Below are positions 1 through 8,522 of a stretch of DNA of 34,690 bases, piece after piece. The translations under genes were made by a program, and so were the position numbers. The stretch lies in NCBI GenBank assembly GCA_043747615.1, contig JAYTOU010000018.1, positions 1-34,690 of the forward strand, given 5' to 3'. This DNA is from Myxococcales bacterium. GTDB taxonomy: Bacteria > Myxococcota_A > Polyangia > Polyangiales > Polyangiaceae. Each line of letters opens with the position of its first letter. The first letter of the stretch is position 1. Under the pieces are notes generated by a model that saw nothing but the letters and a program-made list of their open reading frames with translations, made no database searches and had not been told where the DNA came from.

Positions 1-203
1 TTTGGAAGCATCGTGCACGCGCGCGCATACAGTGAGCTCTATTTCGACTGGTTCGCCACTAGCCACCATCATTCCGGCGTCGCGTTCTTCACGCCCGCGA
101 ACGTCTTCCTCGGACGCGTGCACGAGGTCGCCACCGTCCGCCAAAGGGCGCTCGACGCTGCGTTTCAAGCACACCCTGAGCGCTTTCCGAACGGCGCGCC
201 GGT
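1..203 (+). mobile_element. C-terminal fragment of an IS3/IS481-like (rve/DDE) transposase, running in from the window edge and broken off at about 203
   Basis: Frame 1 reads FGSIVHARAYSELYFDWFATSHHHSGVAFFTPANVFLGRVHEVATVRQRALDAAFQAHPERFPNGAPV. This resembles the 'F.S...AR......F.WYN..H.HSGI...TP..V..G.......R...LD.A...HPERF' tail of integrase-core transposases. No right-end inverted repeat follows. Confidence 0.75.
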
Positions 204-689
204 CTCGACTGGTGCGACGCTCGCGACTACTGCGCATGGGCGGGAAAGCGTCTGTGCGGAAAGAAAGGCGGCGGCACTCTCGACTACGCAGCCTCGGCGA
301 CGACCGACTCTGAATGGTACGTGGCGTGCTCGCGCGGAGGCGCGTATCAGCAGCCTTACGGAACGTTGCTGAAGGACACGCCCGACCCGATGGCCTGTCA
401 CACCGACGTTGTGAGCCGCGCGCCGGGCACGCAAGTCGCGCCAAAAACATTTCCGCTTTGCCAGGTGGGAGACTCGGGCATCTACGACATGGTCGGAAAC
501 GTGGCGGAGTGGACCAACGCCTGCGAGCCCGTGGGGGCGGACGCGGGCGCGAGCCGCTGCAAAGTCGTCGGTGGTATCTGGTACTTCAATGCGTCTTACC
601 TCAGTTGCAGTTTCGACGACACGCGCAGCGACGCCGGCGTTCCCCGCAATACCACCGGTGACGTTGGTTTTCGCTGCTGCGCCGACTAG
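201..689 (+). pseudogene. 5'-truncated formylglycine-generating enzyme (SUMF1/FGE-sulfatase) domain gene
   Basis: Frame 3 from 201 reads GLDWCDARDYCAWAGKRLCG...SEWYVAC...GIYDMVGNVAEW...GFRCCAD*, which carries the FGE motifs. An in-frame TGA lies at 177-179 and there is no start codon before the DWCDA motif. Confidence 0.8.
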
Positions 690-780
690 CGCGTTCACGA
701 GCGTGTGCGAAATGAATGTGATTCGTCGCGGGGCCTAGTCGTGCCGCGCCTGCGGTTGCCGGGCGGTTCGCTGCGCGTGC

Positions 781-1100
781 TCATGGTGCTCGCAACGGGG
801 CAGCCAGCACGCGCGCGATGGTTGCGGACTCCGAGCGGCTGCGGTCCTCTTTCTGGCCATACCCGGTGAGTGCAACCAGCGCCGTCGACCGAGTCGTCGA
901 CGACAATGACCTTCGAGGCCACTCTGGGCACGGCCCGCGCGGCGAGTGGCGGCTGCGGACTCTCGTGTGCCGTGGCGCGGACCTCCGCCGCGGGCAGCCG
1001 GACCAGCCCAAGCCCGAGGCCGCCCCTCGAGCAGCAAGTCGGGCTCGATGCCGATGCCGTTGTCGCCGACCTCGAGGACCAATTCGACCCGTTCGGCGCT
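781..1100 (-). pseudogene. Relic of a hybrid sensor kinase (HATPase + receiver) with several internal deletions
   Basis: Successive pieces in shifting frames: VLEVGDNGIGIEPDLL (G1 box), SRGGLGLGL (G2 box), VRLP...KVIVVDDSVDGA (receiver start), ALVALTGYGQKEDRSRS (receiver end), TIARVLAAP*. Confidence 0.8.
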
Positions 1101-1300
1101 GGAGATGTTGCGGTCTTCTGACGCACCGACCTCAGGTGCCAAGTGAAGCTTTCGGATGACCGTCGCCTGCTTCCGTTGTCCGCGAGCTCCGTTTCAAGAA
1201 GCCAAATCCACGCTGGTTTAGCCCCGCCCCGTACGGGCGTGCACGGCCGCCGCCCCGTGCGAGCAGGGCGCTCGATGTCTGAGCGGACGATGCGCCGTCG

Positions 1301-1377
1301 CACGCCGATGGCAAACGCTTTGCGAAAATCGCTGGGAGCGTGCCCGTGACCTCCGCCGTCTCGTGATCATGCGACGT
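1301..1377 (-). pseudogene. N-terminal relic of a CDF (CzcD-like) transporter directly behind czcA
   Basis: ACG-TCG-CAT-GAT-CAC-GA ((M)SHDH) then, after a 1-nt shift, DGGGHGHAPSDFRKAFAIGV. This matches the 'HGHAP..F.RAFAIG' start of CzcD-family proteins. The rest of the gene is not recognisable. Confidence 0.65.
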
Positions 1378-4300
1378 GGGAAATCTCTGCTGTGGACGTG
1401 CGGCGGCGGTCGGCCGCGGGCGGAATGGCAGACTTCGGTGCCGCGCCGAAGAAGGCATAGACGACTGGCAAGAGAAACGTGGTGAGGAGCGTCGCGGAAA
1501 TGATCCCGCCGATGACGACTGTGGCGAGGGGCCGCTGCACCTCGCTTCCGGGGGCCGTCGAGAGCGCCATCGGAATGAAGCCGAATGACGCCACGAGAGC
1601 GGTCATGAGGACGGGACGCAAGCGGAGCTCGGCGGCTCGATGAATGGCCTCGACGTGCCCGACACCCTGCGTCTCGAGATTTCGAGCGAACGACACGAGC
1701 ACGAGGCCATTGAGGACGGCCACACCGAAGAGCGCGATGAACCCGACCCCCGCCGAAATCGAAAACGGGAGGTCGCGCAGCCAGAGCGCCGAGACCCCTC
1801 CGATGACCGCAAAGGGAACGTTGAGAAAAATCACGAGCGCCGCACGGATGGAGCGGAACGCAAGCCACAGAAGAAACAGGATCAGCGCGAGGGCGAGCGG
1901 TACTACGATTTCCAACCGGGTTTTTGCCTGGACGTAATGCTCGAATTGCCCTCCCCACTCGACCCGGTAGTCCGTCGGGAACGTCACGTCGCGTGCGACC
2001 CGAGCCCGCGCTTCGTCGACCACGGAGAGGAGATCACGCCCTCGGACATTGAACTCGACGGTAAGGCGCCTCGACTGTGACGCACGGCTCACTTCTGCGG
2101 GACCGTCCTCGAAAGACAGCTCGGCGACATCGCCGAGAGGCACGACTTGTCCGCTCGCGGATTTCAGAGGCAGCGTGCGGAGCGCCTCGAGATCGCCGTC
2201 GAACGCGTGCCGGGTCTTCACGACGATACCGAAACGTCGCTCACCTTCGAGCACGTCACCGGCGCCGTGGCCGACGGCCATGGACTCGGTGATCTCGTTC
2301 ACTTCGGCGATGCTGAGCCCGTAGCGCGCGAGCTTGGCGCGATCGGGAACGACGCGAAGATAGCGGAGCCCTGCCACCTGCTCGACGCGTACGTCGACGG
2401 CACCTTCCACGCCGCGAACGCTCTTCGCCACACGCTCGCCCAGCGTGGTGAGCTGCGCGAGGTCGCGGCCATAAAGAAGAATGGCTACGTCCGAGCGGAT
2501 TCCGGCTACGAGCTCGTTCGTTCGCATTTGAATCGGCTGCGAAAGGGCGCCTCCGATCTCCGGTCCCGTGGCTGCGGCCTTCTCTGAGATCTCCTTCGCG
2601 AGATCGTCGCGCGTCACGCCCTTCCGCCACGCCGTGCGATCCTTGAGCTCGATGTAGGCGTCGGTCTCGTGAATGCCCATCGAGTCGTTCGCGACCGCTG
2701 GCGAGCCGGTCTTGCTGACGACATGGGCCACCTCTGGAATCGTGAGGAGCTGGCGCTCGAGCCGAAGCGAGGTCGCCACCGATTCACTCATCGCGATCCC
2801 CGGAAGTCTGCGGGCCTCGTAGAGGAGATCTCCTTCATCCAGCTGCGGGATGAACTCCGCGCCGACGCGCGTGAAAAGAAACCCGCCTCCGATAAGGGCG
2901 GCGAGACCGACACCGAGCGTCCGCCAGGGGTGCCTCATCGTCGCGCGAAACGCAGGAACGTAGAGAGCGTGAGCCCTTCTGAGAACCCATGTTTCGCGAT
3001 GCGCTTCGGTCGGACGCACGAGGTAGCTCGTGAGGACCGGAACGAGGGTGAGCGAGAGAAAGAACGCACCACCGATCGCGAGCAGAACGGTCACAGCCAT
3101 AGGCCGAAACAGCTTTCCTTCGAGCCCAGTGAGGGACAGAACAGGGAGGTAGACGATCGCGATGATCGCCTCTCCGAAGATACTCGCTTGCCGAACCTCG
3201 AGCGTCGCTTCCTCGATGACCTCGATGCGCGCATCACTCGACAGCGACGCCGAAGCGCTTGCTTGCTTCTCGGACAGGCGCCGCACCGCGTTCTCGACGA
3301 TGATGACTGCGCCGTCGACGATCAAGCCGAAGTCGATCGCGCCGAGGCTCATGAGGTTCCCGGAGATGCCGAAGGCGTTCATCGCGATCACGGCGAAGAG
3401 CATCGCGAGGGGGATGACGATCGCCACGACAATGCCTGCCCGGAAATTGCCCAGAAGGATGAACAAAACGGCGATCACGAGCAGTGCGCCTTCGAGGAGA
3501 TTCCTGCCGACCGTACGGATCGTCCGGTTCACGAGGATCGATCGATCGTAGAAAGGCTCGATGGTGGTGCCCAGCGGGAGCGAAGGCTGGATCGCGGCGA
3601 GCTTCGCCTTGATGGCGCTCGTCACGGTTCGCGCGTTCTCGCCCATGAGCATGAGCGCCACGCCGACGACGACCTCGCCTTTTCCATCGGCGGTCGCAGC
3701 TCCGCGTCGTAAGCGCGGTCCGAACTGCACATCGCCTACCGTGGCGATCGTGATCGGCACCCCTTCGGGCGTCACGCCGATGACCACGCGCTGGAGATCA
3801 TCGAGGTTCTTCACCAGGCCGCTCGTGCCGATGACGAACTGTTCGCGGTTGTGCTCGAGGTACCCGCCCCCGGCATTCGCGTTGGACTTCTCGAGCGCAT
3901 CGACGACTTCCGCGAGAGAGACGCGCGTGGCCTGCAGTCGCTTGGGATCGAGGACGACCTGGTATTGACGCATCTCGCCGCCGAGCTCGTTGACCTCGAC
4001 GACGCCCGGCACCGTGCGGAGGGCCGGAGCTATGCTCCATTCCAGGATCTCCTCGCGCTCCATCGCCGAGAGGCGCTCGTTCTTCACCACGAACTGAAAG
4101 ACCTCGCCCAGCGCGCTCGAGATGGGGCCGATCTGCGGCCTCCCGTACCGCGCCGGCACGGCATTCTGGATCTCCTGCATGCGCTCGTTGACGAGCTGAC
4201 GCGCGAAGTAGACGCTGGTCTCGTCGGTGAAAACAATCGTGACTACCGACAGCCCATACTTGGAGATGGACCTCACCTCCGTCGTCTTCGGGATCCCCGC

Positions 4301-4525
4301 CATCGCCCGCTCCACGGGAACGCTCACGTACTGCTCGACCTCGACCGGTGAGAGCGCCGGCGTGGAGGTGATGATCTGCACCTGAACGCTCGTGACATCG
4401 GGGACGGCATCGATCGGCAGATTGATGGCGGCCCGGGTACCCACGGCAATGAAGAGGAGCGTCGCTACGAGGACGATGGGGCGGTTTCGCAAGGACCAAT
4501 GTACGAGCCATCCGAGGAAAGCCAT
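1367..4525 (-). CDS. czcA: CzcA-type heavy-metal efflux RND permease (divalent cations)
   Basis: 1052 aa. N-terminal LPIDAVPDVT..QVQI; TM4 motif GNLMSLGAIDFGLIVDGAVIIVEN (DFGxxxD...EN of divalent HME-RND pumps); C-terminal RLRPVLMTALVASFGFIPMA...GSEVQRPLATVVIGG. Confidence 0.95.
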   Translation of the reverse strand: MAFLGWLVHWSLRNRPIVLVATLLFIAVGTRAAINLPIDAVPDVTSVQVQIITSTPALSPVEVEQYVSVPVERAMAGIPKTTEVRSISKYGLSVVTIVFTDETSVYFARQLVNERMQEIQNAVPARYGRPQIGPISSALGEVFQFVVKNERLSAMEREEILEWSIAPALRTVPGVVEVNELGGEMRQYQVVLDPKRLQATRVSLAEVVDALEKSNANAGGGYLEHNREQFVIGTSGLVKNLDDLQRVVIGVTPEGVPITIATVGDVQFGPRLRRGAATADGKGEVVVGVALMLMGENARTVTSAIKAKLAAIQPSLPLGTTIEPFYDRSILVNRTIRTVGRNLLEGALLVIAVLFILLGNFRAGIVVAIVIPLAMLFAVIAMNAFGISGNLMSLGAIDFGLIVDGAVIIVENAVRRLSEKQASASASLSSDARIEVIEEATLEVRQASIFGEAIIAIVYLPVLSLTGLEGKLFRPMAVTVLLAIGGAFFLSLTLVPVLTSYLVRPTEAHRETWVLRRAHALYVPAFRATMRHPWRTLGVGLAALIGGGFLFTRVGAEFIPQLDEGDLLYEARRLPGIAMSESVATSLRLERQLLTIPEVAHVVSKTGSPAVANDSMGIHETDAYIELKDRTAWRKGVTRDDLAKEISEKAAATGPEIGGALSQPIQMRTNELVAGIRSDVAILLYGRDLAQLTTLGERVAKSVRGVEGAVDVRVEQVAGLRYLRVVPDRAKLARYGLSIAEVNEITESMAVGHGAGDVLEGERRFGIVVKTRHAFDGDLEALRTLPLKSASGQVVPLGDVAELSFEDGPAEVSRASQSRRLTVEFNVRGRDLLSVVDEARARVARDVTFPTDYRVEWGGQFEHYVQAKTRLEIVVPLALALILFLLWLAFRSIRAALVIFLNVPFAVIGGVSALWLRDLPFSISAGVGFIALFGVAVLNGLVLVSFARNLETQGVGHVEAIHRAAELRLRPVLMTALVASFGFIPMALSTAPGSEVQRPLATVVIGGIISATLLTTFLLPVVYAFFGAAPKSAIPPAADRRRTSTAEISHVA

Positions 4526-5707
4526 CTACTCCCCTTCCCCGAACGTGCTCTTCAGGACGGCACTTTTGAGGGTGAAGACGCCTTCGACTACGACGAGCTC
4601 GCCCTCACGTAGGCCACTGAGGACTTGAACCTTGCCGAGTGCGGCGTCACCGAGGACGACCTCGTGAAGGTCGAAGTCGCCATCCGCTTCGCGAACGAAG
4701 AGGACGTGCTTCTGCCCGATTTCCGTCACGGCGGTTTGCGGCACTACGATCGCAGTCGGTCTGCCGGCGTCTTCCTCGCCCGTCCCCACGCGCGCGACGC
4801 CAAAGAGGCCGAGGCGGAGGAGATGGCGGCGATTGACGATGCGGATTCGGGCAACCACCGTGCGCGCCGTCGGGTCGACCTGCTGTCCGAGGTACTCGAT
4901 TGATCCGGCAAACGCTTCCTTGGGGTACGCGTTCAGCTGAACCTCGGCCGGTGCGCCGATGCGGATCTGACCAAGATTCTTTTCGAAGACGCGGCCGAGG
5001 AACCACACCTCGCTGAGATCGGCGATGGTCGCGATCACTTGGTCGGAGGTGACCGGCTGACCGACCACGGCGTCGCGGGAAATGACGACTCCGCCGACCG
5101 GTGCACGAAGCGCGAGCTGGGTCCCGCCACTCCCCGTTCCGAGTGCGCCGAGCTGTTCGGCGTCTGCCCGAGCTTCCGCCTCGAGGGCGTCGGCTTCGGC
5201 CTTCGCAGCGAGGACTTCCTGCGCAGCCGCGAGTCTCTTCTCTGCGAGCGACTGGAGGCGATCGGCGTTCGCGCGAGCCGCAGCAGCCTTCGCCGCCTTT
5301 GCAGTGAACGCGGCCTTCGCCTTGCCGAGCTCGGGTACTTTGAGAAGAGCCAGCACGTCGCCCTTCTTCACCGCCTGTCCTTCCGTGAAATTGACGGACT
5401 CGATCCGTCCGCCAACCAAGGGGGACACCTTCGCCGTCTTGTCGGGGTCGGAGGACACTTCGCCCGGAAGATCGATCGTCGCGGCGAGAACCTCGCGGGT
5501 GACAGGCGCGGTCTTGATCTTCGTGTCGGCGATCACTTGCGGCTCTAGCCGGACACGTTTGGGGAGCGCATCGTGTGCGGCCTCGTCGGCGTGGTCAGCT
5601 TGCTTTGCCGACGAGGACGGCGCCGGACCCTGACGCTTCTCGGATGGCTTCGTGCACGCGCCTCCACCGAGAGCGGCATAGAGGAGAATGAAGCGAAGCG
5701 TCTTCAA
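4526..5707 (-). CDS. czcB: CzcB-type RND periplasmic adaptor (membrane fusion protein)
   Basis: Lipoyl-like GQAVKKGDVLA and LRAPVGGVVI motifs, QVDPTARTV, His-containing N-region. Start moved to TTG at 5707, which overlaps the czcC stop (TTGA) and has SD AAGGAGG 6 nt upstream. Confidence 0.9.
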   Translation of the reverse strand: MKTLRFILLYAALGGGACTKPSEKRQGPAPSSSAKQADHADEAAHDALPKRVRLEPQVIADTKIKTAPVTREVLAATIDLPGEVSSDPDKTAKVSPLVGGRIESVNFTEGQAVKKGDVLALLKVPELGKAKAAFTAKAAKAAAARANADRLQSLAEKRLAAAQEVLAAKAEADALEAEARADAEQLGALGTGSGGTQLALRAPVGGVVISRDAVVGQPVTSDQVIATIADLSEVWFLGRVFEKNLGQIRIGAPAEVQLNAYPKEAFAGSIEYLGQQVDPTARTVVARIRIVNRRHLLRLGLFGVARVGTGEEDAGRPTAIVVPQTAVTEIGQKHVLFVREADGDFDLHEVVLGDAALGKVQVLSGLREGELVVVEGVFTLKSAVLKSTFGEGE

Positions 5708-6990
5708 TGCATGCCTCCTTCCAACGACAGGCCTGCCGCACGCGCGAGATCCACCGACGCAACGCACCACGCTCTTCGAGAAGCCACGTTCGCTTGGAGG
5801 AGCTCGATCATCGCCTGCTGAGCGACGACCGCATCGCGAACACCCAAGTGACCCGCCTCCACCTCCTCCCCGAGCGAGCGCAGGGTCTCCTCGGCGCGAG
5901 TCACCCTCTCTGGCGTGAACGCCTGGACCTCTTTGGCGCGCGACGCATACGCCTGCGCGGCGACGAGGATTTCGAGCCGTATTTCCCTCCCGACACGCTC
6001 ACGGTCCGTCTCGACCCGCCGCGCGAGGGCCTCGGCCTCCGCGATTTCGCCAGCGTAGGTGCGCCCCACATTGCCGGGCAGTGGAACGGGGAATGCGATG
6101 GCTACTCCCAGCACGTGCTCGTTGAAACCGTCATTTTGGGCGTAAACCGAGACGGTGGGGTTTGGGATTCGCGTGCGCCGGTACGCGTCGGCCCGAAGCT
6201 CGAAGGCTTTCCGCTCAGCGTCGAGAGCTAGGACCTCAAGACGCTCGGTCGGTGCGCGCGGGATAAGGGACGCGGCTGCCGCTTCCACGCCGGCGATGGG
6301 AACGAGCTCTCCGGCCACGGCGAGCGTGCCGCGCGTGGGGTCGAGGCCCAAGAGCGAAAGGAGGTGTGCATCCGCGGTGGCGACGCGCCGATCGGATTCG
6401 AGCTTCGCCTGAAGGACTCGCAGCGTAATCGCGTCAGCGACGTCCGCATCGACGGGGGCGATGAGTCCCTTGTCGGCTCTTGCGTGAGCGACGACGGAGA
6501 CCATCTGGGTCGCGGTCGTAAGTCGCCCAGCGAGCCGCTGCTCCTCGTGCGCCGTCAGTGCATTGAAGTATGCGATCCAAGCGGCCGCCGCGACATCGCG
6601 ACGAGCGATGAGGACTCTCTTGGCTTGCGCATCGACCTCGGCCTGCGCCGCCTCTCTCCGAATGCCGCGTTGGCCGGCGATCTCGAACTCCTGAGAAAGC
6701 GCCGCATCCCAGTTGTATACGCCCGCCACACCCGCCGCACTCCGGCTGGACGCACCGAGTCGCAGCACCGGGTTTGACGGCAGAAGATGGCTGACCGCTT
6801 TGCTTCTCGCCTCGGCTGCTTCGAGCTCTTGGCCCTCTGCCTTCACCGCCAAGCTGGCCGCAAGGACGCACGGCACCGCGTTGCTTCGAGTAACGCGCGA
6901 CGAGCACGAGCTCGCTTCCTGCGCGCCTACGCGACACCCGATGCTGCTGACGACAGCCACCAAGCTGGCGGCTAGTAGTTGCTTCTTCAC
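5704..6990 (-). CDS. czcC: CzcC-type TolC-family outer membrane factor
   Basis: OEP repeats (LLPSNPVL, LSQEFEIAGQRGIR, RIPNPTVS...DGFNE..LG) and position ahead of the MFP and RND genes. Start taken at GTG 6990 (MKKQLLAASLVAVV signal peptide, GAGGAG upstream); ATG 7005 is an alternative. Confidence 0.85.
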   Translation of the reverse strand: MKKQLLAASLVAVVSSIGCRVGAQEASSCSSRVTRSNAVPCVLAASLAVKAEGQELEAAEARSKAVSHLLPSNPVLRLGASSRSAAGVAGVYNWDAALSQEFEIAGQRGIRREAAQAEVDAQAKRVLIARRDVAAAAWIAYFNALTAHEEQRLAGRLTTATQMVSVVAHARADKGLIAPVDADVADAITLRVLQAKLESDRRVATADAHLLSLLGLDPTRGTLAVAGELVPIAGVEAAAASLIPRAPTERLEVLALDAERKAFELRADAYRRTRIPNPTVSVYAQNDGFNEHVLGVAIAFPVPLPGNVGRTYAGEIAEAEALARRVETDRERVGREIRLEILVAAQAYASRAKEVQAFTPERVTRAEETLRSLGEEVEAGHLGVRDAVVAQQAMIELLQANVASRRAWCVASVDLARAAGLSLEGGMH

Positions 6991-7117
6991 GTGACTGCTC
7001 CTCATGTTCGCGCTGAGGCCGGTGGCCTCGAGACGCTCAACAGCAGGGCAAGCGAAAACGAAAGGACGCCGAGGCGATCGTGCCCCGAGCCCCCTCACTG
7101 CCGTTTCGCCGCCCGAA

Positions 7118-7534
7118 CTACACGGACGAGGAGGTCAGGCGAGGCGGTCGATAGACCCCGGGCAGCGGCGGAGCACGGGGAATCGACGTTTCGTGAGGGG
7201 CGGCCTCGACGTCGTCGTCGCCATCGTTCGCCACGGGAGCGGTGCTGCTTTCCGTAGCGGTCGGGAGCGCGATGCCGCCGTGCGCGCAATGGCAGTTTGG
7301 ACAACCGGGCGGGCACTCCTGACCGCCTTTCTCCAGCGGGCAGTCGGAGCAGCAGTCGTCAGCTCCGTCGTCCAAAAACCGGAGACCCATTTCTGCTGCA
7401 ACGCCGGGCACCCCCGAGAGCTGAAGAGACACAAGTCCGACGAGCAAGCGCAACGCGACAACGAGGAGACGACCGAGCGCGGGGCAACCCTGCTTGACGA
7501 GCGGGTTGCGTTTCGAAGCCACCGCGGCCGTCAC
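7118..7534 (-). CDS. Cys-rich exported leader protein (CzcI/DUF2946-like) with C-terminal RAPP/RPPR motif
   Basis: Hydrophobic N-terminal segment, DDCCSDC..ECPPGCPNCHCAH cluster, C-terminal IPRAPPLPGVYRPPR. GTGA overlap with the upstream ArsR gene. Confidence 0.75.
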   Translation of the reverse strand: MTAAVASKRNPLVKQGCPALGRLLVVALRLLVGLVSLQLSGVPGVAAEMGLRFLDDGADDCCSDCPLEKGGQECPPGCPNCHCAHGGIALPTATESSTAPVANDGDDDVEAAPHETSIPRAPPLPGVYRPPRLTSSSV

Positions 7535-7938
7535 GCTTTCACCTTGCGACGCTTGGCGATGCGATGGGGATGGTGATGAGGCGTGCCGGGCCGTTCGCCC
7601 GCGACGTGGGCGAGGCAGTCGTGGACGAGGTGGGCCACGAAGGCGTCGACGACGCGGTAGTAGCTCTTTCTGCCTTCTTCGCGCGCAGCGACTAACTTGA
7701 GGTGTCGCAAAAAGGCGAGTTGGTGACTCACGGCCGACATCGACAGACCGAGGGCATGAGCCAGATCGCCGACGCAGAGCTCGTCGTGAGCGAGGGCGTG
7801 CATCAGTCGCAAGCGCAGCGGATTCGACAGCGCGAGGAAAACCTCGACGGCTTCGCCCGTGGCGGCCGCCGTGGGGAGGCCACTACGGAGCTTCGCCACT
7901 TTCTTGCTGTCGGCGACGTCGGGTAGCTTCACTCGCAC
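7531..7938 (-). CDS. ArsR/SmtB-family metalloregulatory repressor
   Basis: FLALSNPLRLRLMHAL..ELCVGDLA..LGLSMSAVSHQLAFLR...LV..REEGRKSYY winged HTH and a His-rich tail. Start at GTG 7938 (or 7932), just downstream of the predicted promoter. Confidence 0.9.
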   Translation of the reverse strand: MRVKLPDVADSKKVAKLRSGLPTAAATGEAVEVFLALSNPLRLRLMHALAHDELCVGDLAHALGLSMSAVSHQLAFLRHLKLVAAREEGRKSYYRVVDAFVAHLVHDCLAHVAGERPGTPHHHPHRIAKRRKVKA

Positions 7939-7975
7939 AGTTGAGGAATCTATCAACTGAGCGAGCGACGCGCAA
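7932..7975 (-). promoter_or_regulatory. Sigma70 promoter overlapped by an SmtB/CzrA-type operator
   Basis: Minus strand TTGCGC(7975-7970)-17 nt-TAGATT(7952-7947) with TG extension. Inverted repeat CTCGCACAGTTGA-N8-TCAACTGAGCGAG (7932-7965, 12/13 match) with the TGA-N8-TCA core of ArsR/SmtB boxes. Confidence 0.8.
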
Positions 7976-7986
7976 TGGCGGAGCCG

Positions 7987-8391
7987 CTACTGAGCTGCGA
8001 TCCAAGTCCCTCCGCCTGCATCTGCGCCGCCATCGCCGGCGTCTGCATCGGCGCGGCACCAAAGGGCGGCCGTCGAGAAGCAGCCGTCTGCCGTTCCGTC
8101 TCCGACGCCCGGGTATCCGCACATCATGCCAACGGGCGCGCACGGCTTGCCGCTCAGCCCGTAGCTGTACGTTGCCGGGCACGCGGAGTCGTTCGTGATC
8201 GGCGCGTAGGAGCAGACCGATCCGTCCGCGGTCGGAGATCCGTCGTGACGCGATCCCCCGTCATTGCCGCCGTCGGTTGCGACCTCTGCCGCTGCGCTAT
8301 TCGAGGGGGCCGCGGAGCAGCCCGCGAGTGCGGCAAGAGAAAGACAGGAGGCGAGGACGCGGCAAAACTGGAGGATGGGAAGGTGACTCAT
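7987..8391 (-). CDS. Small Cys-rich lipoprotein of unknown function
   Basis: ATG 8391 with SD GAGGGAG; lipobox LAGC; DGG/DAG spacers; six Cys in the mature domain. The longer ORF-track extension overlaps the upstream gene and was trimmed. Confidence 0.7.
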   Translation of the reverse strand: MSHLPILQFCRVLASCLSLAALAGCSAAPSNSAAAEVATDGGNDGGSRHDGSPTADGSVCSYAPITNDSACPATYSYGLSGKPCAPVGMMCGYPGVGDGTADGCFSTAALWCRADADAGDGGADAGGGTWIAAQ

Positions 8392-8404
8392 GCTCCCTCT
8401 TAGA

Positions 8405-8419
8405 GCACCGCACATGCCA
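8405..8419 (-). promoter_or_regulatory. Putative sigma54 -24/-12 promoter
   Basis: TGGCATGTGCGGTGC (GG-N10-GC). It lies very close to the 8391 start, so the mRNA would be nearly leaderless. Confidence 0.4.
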
Positions 8420-8522
8420 ACGTTCACGCTGCATTGCCTCGCGTTTCGTGAAGGCGCATGTGCCAACGCGTGCCGAGCTCCGCACCGCCGCCCGATCGTC
8501 AGGGGAACCAGGGCTCGTGAAT

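Noticed and set aside
4526..7098. ORF-track starts at 5770 (czcB) and 7098 (czcC), and similarly 8823, 16881, 23332, 29765 and 32812
   Set aside because: The extensions are non-homologous or overlap neighbouring genes; downstream starts have SD sequences, signal peptides or stop/start coupling.
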